From the NCBI GenBank assembly GCA_040954595.2, contig CM082587.2, positions 10,793,403-10,857,402 on the forward strand: 64,000 bases of DNA, given 5' to 3'. Position 1 is the stretch's first letter; each line of letters begins with the position of its first letter. The position numbers and the translations under genes are program-made. The stretch is from Balanoglossus misakiensis (lineage: Eukaryota > Animalia > Hemichordata). Of the stretch, positions 35,112 through 46,599 are shown piece after piece. A model generated the notes under the pieces. That model was not told where the DNA came from, made no database searches, and was given only the letters and a program-made list of their open reading frames with translations.

Positions 35112-36419
35112 CTGTACCAATTGAAGACGCCCTTGTATAGGAGAATTTAGCTATGTACTGACTGTCTTTTCATTTTTTCTTCATCCTATAGAATCTACCG
35201 ACCTGGTCGCTATCAATAACAATTCAACTCCTTAAACATCCTGTGTGTGTGAAGTCTATGAACACTGGCCATGCATTTCAATTCAAGGACAAAATGAATG
35301 CGCAATATTTCGTTTTATCGAGAGTAATGTGCAGTGATTAAATTTGCTAGGGCTCTCTTAGCAGATTTGGAGTTAGTCATTTTGGTAGAAACTTTTCGAG
35401 ATGGGAAATCTTTGGTCATCTAACCAAGTTATTTGTATTTTTGTTATATAAGACAGAGTCATTTCTATATCATAGATGCAAGTTTAATTTATAACATGAA
35501 TTTGAATAAAATATTTTTTTTAAAATATCACCACATGAATTTGAATAAAATATTTTTTTTAAATATCACCAGATTGAAATCTTTGGAAGTTTGCACTTAG
35601 AGGGATGGCATGGCAGTTTTCCACTGTTCATATTACAAAGAATTTGGCATCACGTGTAGATTTCATGAGTGTTCGAGTTTTGCTCTTCTCAGCCTCGTAC
35701 CCACAATCCTCTGATACTTACACTTACGTCAGTTCTATAGCCGCTGACCCACTAGATTCTCCTTATGAATTGCCCAAATTATTTTTTGGTGTAGTTTTGA
35801 TAGTTGGTGCACGGAAACTTTTGATCGATTCACGAAATTCAAAATATGTTACATCACAAACCTCATAAAATGGAGGCTAGAGTAGCCTGTTTGTTTTCAA
35901 GTAATTTTACAATTACCTCAATTACCTTTTTTCGAGGGAGGGGGTTAAGAAAACATACAGATTGAAATAACAAGGAAGTGGTATATCAAACCGAAACCTT
36001 ATCTCAATCGTGATTCTAGAGTGTTTCCATGTCATGTGACATCCACAAAAATGTGGTATTATCTTGAAAAGAGTCCCGATTTCCCAAACTGGTTTTGCGA
36101 ATGTACTTCACTTCGGAGCAATGCATGAGTACATTCGTAGAAAGATATTGCTCCACTATTTACTGACACTCCTCTTGTACTGCAAATATTACTGCATTCT
36201 GTCAGGGCAAGACAAAAGACACAGCAGAACTGCCAGAATTAAAACAGACAACTGGCAATTTCAATAAAACATGTAATAACAAATATATGTAACATTGAAT
36301 GAGGTGTCCATACAGCTTGGTCATTTAAAGACCTCCAGTCATTGTGACAATGCATAAATATTTATGTACACCATGTTAAAAATTAGTTCAGGCATACCTT
36401 ATACATGTATGTTTTTGAC

Positions 36420-37040
36420 TGACCATATCCTCAGCACGCCATTTTTTTCAAAAAGACTATCATTATTCTCTGCCAGGCAGAGAGTTGCCGCTTTCTTGTT
36501 AACAATAATATACTATTATAACATTGCATAGATTCCAGTTTGTTTCTGTCCATATCTCACAAACTGTGGTGTGCATACTGTTGAAATGACCTCAAGAAGA
36601 AAATGCCAAATGGAAAAATATTTGACATACTAACCTGTATGATAATGTTATACGGTACATTATATTTAACGGTTCCAATCCAATGTTGAGAACTAAGAAA
36701 ACAATTTGAGCAGAATTCATTTAAAATTAATTGCAGTTCCGTTTCACCGCATTTCATAGGATGCTGGCTAAAATTCATAGTATGGTGGATTACCTGTTAT
36801 GCATTTCTTTCCCTATTTCGTCTGGCAGATTTGAGTTTGACAAGCTGTCATTTTCCTTTCAGCTCCGCAAAATTGATGGATTTACTTTGACAGCACACAG
36901 ACTGTCCATTTGTCATCGGAGATACAAGCAGCATCAGGTGCTGAACAGCTTGCAGCAGTGTAGGAAAAGAGTACACCACACTAACTTGCAAGAGTGCTTT
37001 GGCCCTTTCTTCACACTGTCCGAAACTTGTTGTGTTACAT
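36420..37040 (-). pseudogene. Degenerate transposase-like coding relic (possibly Academ)
   Basis: Fragments SLC..K..PSILR*...EM..R, FLLEVISTVC, GIYAML, RQLSAWQR with stops; motif recall only. Confidence 0.3.
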
Positions 37041-37050
37041 CATTGCTTAA

Positions 37051-38146
37051 AGGCGGAACTCCCGTATAAAAGCGCGAGAGCACGCGAGAGTTGGCATAAT
37101 GGTGGGAGATTCAAACTCACTAACAACAGAACGGACGTTGTCCATAAAAGACAGTAAATTTAGGTCTACCGATGATTTTTTTTGTCTCTAAATTCAGAAA
37201 GGAGTGCATGAGTTTATTCAGCACAACATCCGCGGTTTCTGGTGCAATACAATTTGAAAATACTTTCGAAAACCGAAGATGAAATCAGTTTGTCCCCAAG
37301 ATATGACCGGTATATCGGTACGATGTTCAGTTTGAATCTGCGTGATTGACATATTATGCAAATCAAAATTGGGTACCATTGATACATTTTGGCGTTGATT
37401 GCAAAGTGTGCGTGACCTGAAAATGGGGATATGATCATACCAAATTTATCACACATGAACATGCACACATCCATAAAATCGGTAGTTCTCTTCTTGGAAA
37501 TTGTGTTGGTCCTGAAAAGGACCGTTTGTATTTGTGCACCAACCGTACAAAGTGAAGAGGGGAAAGCCTCATCAGTGCCATATTCATGCCCAACGTAAGA
37601 AACACCGGGTAAATTCGGGTAGAGACCACGGACTAGCCAAGACTGCCTATGTGTGGTAACACATTGCGAACAAAAACAAAATTCACAGGAGTTGACCGAT
37701 TCTCCGGAAGCCGATGTGCTCATGGACACGGTGTTTACTTCGACGGCTGCTGCATCCGATAGACCGGCAATGTCCCCGCACCAAACTCGCCGGTAGCCGA
37801 TACCACGCACGGTACTAACCCCCGCGGTCGCAGCAGGTGAACTTATGTGCCCCCGCCGGTCGATGACCGAAAGCTCGGCAGAGAAAATTGCCAGTCTCTC
37901 TCCTGCTCTTCAGTGACCGCTATCTTGATAATTCGTGTCGACATGATAGATTCAGCTGACAACACGTTCCGCGGGTACGTAAGAACTAGCTGGATCGCGT
38001 GGGTATAGAAATGTGTTTGCTTTTGGCGGGCGCGGGATGCCCATTTGAGGTCAATTGTTGTAACAATATATAGTGGCGTCAGAGCTTTAGCCACGCCCAC
38101 ATTTTATTGATTTTTGCTCGGTAGGGCCCTACCGAGCGTTCCGCCT
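37051..38146. mobile_element. Non-autonomous Kolobok-like element with an internally deleted KolX-like ORF remnant (37580-37687, -)
   Basis: TTAA|AGGCGGAAC...GTTCCGCCT|TTAA; CEFCFCSQC...RQSWL fused directly to VRGLYPNLPGVSYVGH. Confidence 0.7.
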
Positions 38147-38699
38147 TTAATGAATAAGAAATACACAGGTATTTAGCGTTCCATTCAATACCTACAATAG
38201 ATAAAAGGGTGTCGGTCTGTATGCGACAATCTTCAATGTTCTTATGAGCACAATGCTTTATTCAGGGAACGTTTTACAGTAAGAATTATATGATATAAAC
38301 TGAATAAGTTTGTTGTCTGTCAACTCTTCTGTCTTTGTCTTACCGATACGGTTCTAACCGCGAACACTGAGGCTTCTCTGCTCGTACACAGTATAAATCA
38401 ATGGATGATAAAATGCGCCCTCTTTTGGTGAACTCTTCCTACCGCCCGACCTTCTACCGTACATTAAGGCATGTAGGGCGGTCAGGTAGATGGCAGTGTA
38501 TTGCAAGCGTCTCTTGCATATTTTTTTCCGCCAGGAATGGCATACATTCGTTTTTGGCGACACCACAACTGCTGGAACTTCTCGAAAAATTGAGAGCCGG
38601 ATTTCATAAATGCTCATGTTTTCCGAAGGGCTGAAAGAAGATCCAGAGTGGAATATTTAAATTTGCCTGTGGCAGACATCATAGTGGCTTCCAGTTATT

Positions 38700-38870
38700 C
38701 TATTTCTTGTGCAAGAGATAGTATCTTGTTCCAGCGAGATGTTTTCTCGTGTGCACGAGAAACATGCTATATCGTGCATATCTCGTGCGCACGAGAAAAT
38801 TGCGAGCGCACTCGTGTTTTCGAGAAAATATCACATGCACACGTAAGTCGTGCGCACGAGATAAAAAAAA
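38700..38870. repeat. Cluster of short palindromic CTCGTGCGCACGAG-type repeats (MITE relic)
   Basis: Several imperfect TCTCGTG(C/T)GCACGAGA units. Confidence 0.55.
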
Positions 38871-41508
38871 TGTGCCCTGTAGTCTTTCTTAGGACATGAT
38901 AGCGTGACGTCGCATTGTAATTAACGGACGATCTTGGAAATTCGGCTATTAATGGTGAATGGACTTTCACCTCCTTCGAACAACAACAGAGACTGACGTC
39001 GCAACAATGACAGAAAAAGTGAAGCAAATGGCCGACAAAACGAAGAGAATCGGAAAACGGGCAGGATCCTCGGCACAGACATCTGGGAATAATACCACCA
39101 CATCAAATAGAACGACGAGTAGTGCAGGACAAACCGCCACCAGTGACTATGACAACAAGTCTGAAGGCGATGCTGGCGAACCCTTGCACAATACAACTAC
39201 AGTCCTACAGAGAAATGCAGCCCAGCGCCACTCAAGATTTTCCATTCCTGGTCTGGCAGCAGCCAAAATATGTTGTTGTTTTTTCTCTTAGAAGCGACCT
39301 CAGTCTGAGCTGCATGAGAATAAACTGTAGGTTGGGAATACTTGGAATTTAGCGAGCTCAACAAAAAAAAACGCAGTCGCTGCGGTAAACACGTAGCTAT
39401 TAGTTTCGGTTTTATGTTCGCTACAGCTCGGAAACCAAAATGTGGTACAACTTCAAGCTACATAAACTGGAAAGCATAGTACGTGCAGAGCAGACCATAG
39501 TGACGCAAGCAGGTATTCTAGGTCGTAAGATAAAAACACGGCGCTAGAAAAACAGTCATCAAAAGTTGCACGTGTTCCCCGGCCACAAATAATGTAATTG
39601 TTGGCGCACAGAAAGTCCAGTCGATAAACGTTTACGCTATAGAAACTCACTCTCTCAGCAAAAGTCTGACACCCTCGTCAATGACAAAACGCAAACCGAG
39701 CTGGGTATGATCAAGTCAAACATAGGGCCAATCCCCACTCTGTGTTTTATTATTTTCCACATACGATGGTTCTAAATAAAAATGTACCTATTTGAAATGC
39801 TTACCGAGGTAAGATCATTGAAAGTTTTCAAACGTTGATGACAAATGTATAACTGATTTTTTACAAATGAATAATCGCGCACTTGCATGTTATTTTCTCT
39901 ATACCAGACACCGCGCGCGCGCCGTTGGCAAAAAAAAACGCGGAAAATTATTGAGCATGCGCAGTCGATACTTCACATTGTAAACAAAATGGCGTCGCTG
40001 CCTATGCTTCTGGACCGCTGTCGCCCGACTATGTCGGCAAAGAAGAGACGAATTTAACCATGCAACGCCATATCGGAAGATAGAATGATCGCGAGATGAA
40101 ACCGGGCTATCCAACGATTAGGCAGCCATGTTGACTGATTGGTATGTCGCCGAAGTAATTATTTGCCATTGATTTGTTTACCAGAAACGGTTTGCCTTTG
40201 GAACACATTTGGCCTCACCGAAATTGATTTCAGAGGTTTTTTCCCAAAAACTAATGACGTTCGTTTTCACCTGAGTGCGAGGATGGATTGAAGGGACACA
40301 AGCTTTTGTAGCCACCAATATTTTGACACTCTTTATATCAATGTTGAGCTGGCATATTTGCTCCAATATGATGTAGTGTACCTGTTGCATTGAAATGAAG
40401 CTGTAATAATATTACAGTGTAATCTAGTCCTTTGGGTTAATAGGAAAACGAGGTCAATAAATGACAGGTTTATTTAAATACAGGATATATTTATCACAAG
40501 CACTTATGCATATGTATGAGATACTTATTTATTTTTAATTTATTTTTAATTTTTAATTTATTTTGTACGTTCAGGTAATCATATGGATTTGTATGGAATC
40601 ACATACACATTAATTGAAGACTATCATATCACAGAAGTCGAGCCGCCAGATGTGTAAGGTAACCATTTAGGTTTCATGACTAAGTTTGTTTAAGAATTCA
40701 TAAAGCTACCCAATGAATGAATTTCCTTAAAATTTCACAAATGTGACAGAGTTTGCAGTTGTGCAAGAAAGTGTGTATTATTCACATAAGAATTTTTTCG
40801 TATGCATTTTTCTGATGGCAATGCATTTGACTGTAAACAAATATGGATGTCAGTTAGTAGTGCTATTTTGTCAGTGAAATGGCTTCATGCAAATATTGCA
40901 CAGCTTGAAATCATAAAATGTTGCAAAATTGAACCAACCGTTTGGTCAACGATTATGTTCTTACAGCTATTATTAGAACCAGACAGTCTCAGGGAACAAG
41001 AGACATGGGCCTGATTTGCAAGTTGAGTTAGAACTGCCTTTGCCTGCCCACGGACGCCCCAATTTCAGCAAAAATTATTGCATTAAAATATGAGTATGGA
41101 GAACTATGCTCTGTGTTTCTTTTGTTAGCTTACATAGCTGTTGTCATTCTAGTTTTTCCTCCGTCCTGTGAGCAGAGTTTCAGTTGCGAAAACCGACAGT
41201 TCTCAATGTACAAAAGTACACCTAAATTGCCTTGGTGATGAGCATGCAGAATTTATCTGATGCTTCTTACTGGCAGAAGGACCCCACCAGTTGCAGATTG
41301 TGAATTCCATGGCACAAGGGAATTTACGCTTTGCGTTCAAATATAAATAATTAAATCCTGTAAAATTATTCTATATGTTATTTATTGATGATTCAAAAGT
41401 GTTATGACTGATTGTGTTAGAGTACCTGTATTCCATATAAGCATGCTGTCAGTGCACATCCGATTGATAACAATTTCACATTTTTAAAAATTTTCTTCTC
41501 TGAATAAT

Positions 41509-41969
41509 ATGAGGTTATTACGAAAATACCGCAAAGTATGCGCGAGGACATTAGCGCCAAGTATCGCCCGACGCGTAGCGGAGGGCGATGCGCTGCGCTA
41601 ATGTCCGAGTGCATACTTTGCGGTATTTTTGTAATAACCTTATTATTATACATCTTACATCTCCGTTAGTTCTTGTGTTGCATGTTACTTGGCTTTCAAA
41701 ACGCCAAAAATGCCGATACAATCGATCGAAAACCGCTCAGTTGACTCAGTGAGCAGCCATCTTTGTTTTTTGTTTACGTGCGTGCACGTGCGTTGGAGTG
41801 GGGGTGTCTTGAAACAGTCCACAACCATAACAACGCATACCTGTACACGGTGAGTTGGGGGCGCCTTGAAACCTAAAACTTATTTAACGCGCGTTCCGTA
41901 CGTACCGTTCCGTACGGCTTTTTATTGCACGCCAAAATCTATTGTTCTCGGCACTAGATGTATAATAAT
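41509..41969. mobile_element. Crypton-like non-autonomous insertion with 6-bp terminal direct repeat AATAAT
   Basis: Hairpin about 41512-41640; IR ATTATTATACATCT (41642-41655) / AGATGTATAATAAT (41956-41969); absent from the homologous left-arm site near 29715. Confidence 0.7.
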
Positions 41970-42027
41970 TATGAATACATAAAACTTCATATGATATAAA
42001 TTGTCCTGATATCGTAAACATTATTAA

Positions 42028-42467
42028 ACCCCGATGCGTGGTATAAAAGACCCCCCAAATCAGTGGCGAATCTTAATGCCGTTTGACTGACAACAGACAA
42101 CACCAACGACCTTGGCTCTATGAAAATCGGCCCAAACAGATCCAAGCATAAAGAATTACACCACACAACGACAGTGGTTGGCTTTATAAACACACACAAC
42201 ATAAAGTTATTGATGAAAAAGTACACGAGCTTTTGAAACAACGATGATTTTGGGAGAAATCTGGTTTCAGTGCTTTTCAGAAGCATCCCTGGGAAACAAT
42301 AACCACGCCATTCAAACAGCTGTCAATCGCATAGAGGTGTAAAGTGTTCAATTATTTTCTATGTACATGAGATCAATTACACAGTTATTATGCACGACGA
42401 CCACTCCCAAATAAACAACTGTACAAACACACGTTAATCCGAACCCCAGTACTTTCCGCACCGGGGT
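42028..42467. mobile_element. TTAA-flanked MITE
   Basis: TTAA|ACCCCGATGCG...CGCACCGGGGT|TTAA; single TTAA empty site in the left arm near 29657. Confidence 0.85.
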
Positions 42468-42517
42468 TTAAGGCCTAATGCTAGTGTCACAACATTGATT
42501 ACCAGACCGTTTCCCTC

Positions 42518-42607
42518 TGTATGTATGTATGTATGTATGTATGTATGTATGTATGTATGTATGTATGTATGTATGTATGTATGTATGTATGTATGTATGT
42601 ATGTATG
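42518..42607. repeat. (TATG)n microsatellite
   Basis: Direct reading; only a short version at the homologous 29549-29587. Confidence 0.97.
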
Positions 42608-45600
42608 CATGTATGCATGTGTTTGTGTGTGTGTGTACATGTGTGTATGCATGTTACATGTATATATGGATGTATGTCTGCCCTGATCCAAAACATGAAA
42701 CCACTTCGCGTATCACCTTGATATTTGGTGTGTAGATGGGATTTTGCTTAAATGAAGTTGTCATTGCAAAAATACGCAAATAACCTGTGAAATATGTGGA
42801 ATTGATCAAAACTCAACTGGTTAGACTGCTTTGAACATTTGTATGCATGTAGGTAATGTCATCATACCTGATATACTTTGAGTTTATATCGTGAATTGTC
42901 TATTTTTTATGCAATTATTTTGTCTTGTTTTACCATTTGAAAAAAAATCTTTTCCTCTTAAAGAGATTGGCTGATTTCTTTAGAATTTAGTATGACACTT
43001 CCGGTAGGTGATCTTAGTTGGTTTTGTTTAAATTGTCGCAGAATTTGTAATCTGTCATTTTTGGTCAAAATTCATTTTCTGAGAAACTCCTAGATTGCTT
43101 TTAAATTTTGGTATGCTTGTTCCAGGAGGTAACCCAAGTAATGTTGTATATCATTTTGGTGAAATTTACATATTGTGGTCTTGGGGCAATTTTTGCAATT
43201 TGTATTCTTTGAAACTACTAGTCAGATTGCTTACAACTTTGGTAGGCGTGGTGATTGAAGTAGATGTTATACAATTTGTTGATCGTTGGATAGATGTGGT
43301 TTGAGGCAGTTTTTGTCATTGTTGAATGTTGTTTTCCCTAAAATACTTGTCTGGTTCCTTTGAAATGTTCTTACAGTAGGTCATATCTGCTTGCCAATGT
43401 CACATGATTTTTCCCATGAACACAGACATACCTAATTTTGTGTAATCCCCAGATGGGACCACAGTGTGTAATAACCTGACCAACAGTGACTAGTATATCC
43501 TGTGTGTTATACAGTACTTCTCACAAGGTTGAAGTACATGTAGACTGTTGATGATTTTTTGCGATTCTTCAGAAACTTACAATACAGAGTCTAATGTGGT
43601 AACGTCCATGGTCACATTCAGAACTACCTAGTCTATGCCCGGCAGTGTTCTGTCCGCTTTGCTTCCAAAACTAATGTCTGGCCTCACTCATGCCACTTGC
43701 CCAATAAACTAATACCCCTTGCTGGGAATTATGATGTAACTAGCGTCGCTTTGAAGCCTATCACATTACTGAACAGTGTTGATTTGGTGTAAGATTATAG
43801 TGAAGGCAGGGCTTATTACATTGAAAATGCTACCCAACCTTAATTACACGTATGTATATCCTTTGTCTAATCATTGGAAAAACAATGTACATGTACCAAA
43901 GACTAAGTAGCTATTTGAAGGTGAATCGCAAGTGGGCACTTTCATTACTTAACCTCAAGCAGTCGGTTAGCTACCGTATACTAAGACAAACATTCCTGGT
44001 GTAATTAACATCACTGTCATTAGTAATATCTATCTCCAATCAGTATCAGTTCTGCCTTTATGTTATTTTAAGTCAATTGTCAAGGTTCATGTATATATAT
44101 TACAGCTTAACTGTCTTGTCAAAAACTTACGCATGTACATGTACCTAATTCTAGGCTTACCTGTAGGGTTAGAGATGCAGTGTTTTATATTAATATGCAT
44201 TAATATGAAACTAAAATTTGATGGTTAATTTAAGACCCCCCTGAGCAATGGTAACCTCGTTAAATATGTGCATATCTAATTCTAGGCTATTCAGCTGAAG
44301 TAGAAACCTGGACATGGACAACTTCGGGGTCAAAATCTTTTGACAAACATTTGTGTGATCTTGGGTAAACTTTGACCTACATTCCTATATTTTAGCATCC
44401 GGAGCAGATACAACCTTGACACTTGGAGTGATGGAACTATTTGATTGAGTATTATGTCTTGCCTCATTAATTATGTACTTACCTAATGCCAGCCTAACCA
44501 ATAGGGCTGGAAGTCTGGCTTTTTGGACATGATAAATTTGAGATCAACATTTTTCTACAGCAGCCAGCCTTCTCTTAAAAAGAATGGACAATATAAAGGC
44601 TTTGATGGTATACTGAACTTTTGACTCCCTCTCTGAGACTGTGTGCCAATGACGGGATAGCCTACTCAGCGTTGGGTAGATCCTAAGAAGGCCTCAGCCA
44701 GGCATCAAATACAAAAAGCGGAAATCCAAGCTTTAATGGTGGGTTACATCGTTAACTTCCCTGCAGAGCTGATTTCTCAGACTGTGAGCCAATGACGGGT
44801 AAAGCCCCTAGGTAGGGGCCACCTAAGACAGGCCGGTCATGCTTTAATCACAAAGAAGGGCAAGTTCAGTCTTACCACAACTTTGTCTGCTGTATATGCT
44901 TCATAAAGATTGCAGAGTATTTTGAGAATACATTGTGTTAAGGCAGTGTGACCAGCTAAAAAGTACTGGCAAACACAGCCAATGTGTAATGAAAAACATC
45001 TAATTTGGCTGAATAAAAGACATAAAACACAGCAAAAGCACTGTGACTAGCTGAGACATAATACTCCATTATGCAGTATCATCACTCCAAGTTTCAAGAA
45101 TGTATCTGTGCCGGATGCCAAGATATAGGAATGTAGGTCAAAGTTTACCCAAGATCACCAAACATTTTGTCAAAAGATTTTGACCCCAAAGTTGTCCATG
45201 TCCAGGTTTCAACCGCAACTGGATAGCCTAGAATTAGATATGTACATATTTAATGAGGTTACCATGGATCAAGGCAGTCCTAAGTACACCATCAAATTTT
45301 TAGTTTCATGTTAATTCATGTTAATATAAAACGCTGTATCTCTAACCCACTGGTATGCCATTCTGTGTTTCATGCTACCCAATATGGGTAAGTAGGTAAA
45401 AAGTCACCCTAGGCCATTTGAAATTTTGCTGAAAAAATCTTGTCTCTTACATATGTACATTTGGTAAAAGGGAAATTTTAATCACGGAGTAGAACATATT
45501 CATAAAAAATATTTGAGGGAAAGAAGGAAGTTTTTCATAGCTTTGGTGCTTCAAATAGTAGAGAGGTTCCCTTGTTATCCTTAGACTCAAACTCAGAGTT

Positions 45601-46599
45601 TCCAATCTTACAGTATTTTCATGATATTACTTTCCATCTTAGATTTGTTCATCTAAACAAACTGACTGATAGGTATACATGAACATTTTATTGACTAATG
45701 AATGTGCCTGTATGTTGCAATTTAAAGAAGTCAGATATTAAACGAGCGCCACACCTGTTTTAATCAGCCTCCATATGGAGGGTACACATCGCAGAGAGAT
45801 GACAAACCCCATGCAAATTCAAGTAATATGGCTCAATGGTGCTGATTTTAAAGGATAGGTGGATGATTTGAAAAATGTTATTGTGGTAAAAGATGTGTAA
45901 AATTTGGCAGCTTGTGAGGCTTTAATTGTAAAATCTTTGAAATGTGTTTTACTCTTTAGGTCCAATTTTGTATATGTCAATATACCATTGGGACCAATGT
46001 GAAATTGTTCTAAACTCAGAAACTCAAGAAGGTACTGGTCAGATTGCTTTAGAAATTGGTGTGTATTTATGTTATTGAGACTTTATACAGATTTTGTTTT
46101 TCATTTTTGAAGTATATTTTTGGGGTGATTTTGGTCGTCATATACTCAGAAACCTCTACCCACATTTTTTTTTAAATTTGGTTTGCATGTTCTTAGGTGT
46201 GATTTTATGACAATTTAACAAACCCAGTGATGGAAGTGACAATATTGTTTTTTTTTGTGTTGGCAATTTCTGCCATTTTTGTCTGATTGCTTTGCAATTT
46301 AGTCTGCAGTTTCTAGGGAATTCTTACTGTGGTGCACAAAATTCACAAAGGTGATTTACTATCCTCATGCGCTTTGTTGAACTGGCACCCTGTTGCAAAA
46401 CAGACATTTCAACACTCTTTGAATTGAATCATAGCTACCAATTTTTCGGGGGTGTAGCACCTTTTTTATGCCTAAAACTTTGATCGAGAACTTCAAATTA
46501 AATGCAACCCTCCAAATATTTGCAATATTTCAGGTAAAATGATATAATTTTAAAGCATAAATTTTGATGTATTCATAATCATTAAGAGAAACACATTTT

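Larger units (their letters stand above)
32047..35235 (+). pseudogene. Decayed secreted pentraxin + WSC-like gene: signal-peptide exon 32047-32133, 5'-truncated pentraxin exon about 33941-34085, disrupted WSC-like exon about 34605-34891, short last exon 35192-35235
   Basis: MTNSSAGFAVILAFTLWAPLVTA with GTAAGT donor; MWSKVLTAEEV...C..GGNIFTW pentraxin C-terminal motif with GTGAGT donor; M..C...C...YAG pattern with frameshift and stop. Confidence 0.5.
39960..45035 (+). ncRNA. Candidate spliced lncRNA or small-ORF gene in the right arm (exons about 39960-40141, 40575-40658, 44561-45035)
   Basis: CpG-rich start with NRF1-like (GCATGCGC) and YY1-like (AAAATGGCG) motifs, donors GTATGT and GTAACC, pyrimidine-rich acceptors, AATAAA at 45012; splice signals and AATAAA retained in the other arm. 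Confidence 0.4.
39950..45720. repeat. Right arm of giant inverted duplication, with two extra insertions
   Basis: Reverse complement of 26407-31500; extra elements at 41509-41969 and 42028-42467. Confidence 0.9.

Noticed and set aside
38959-39291. 110-aa Thr/Ser-rich ORF
   Set aside because: No recognisable domain or splice context; lies in CpG-rich TE-like sequence.
42434-42735. MYVC/HTYI repeat ORFs (also HSFI ORFs at 34938-35150)
   Set aside because: Microsatellite translations.
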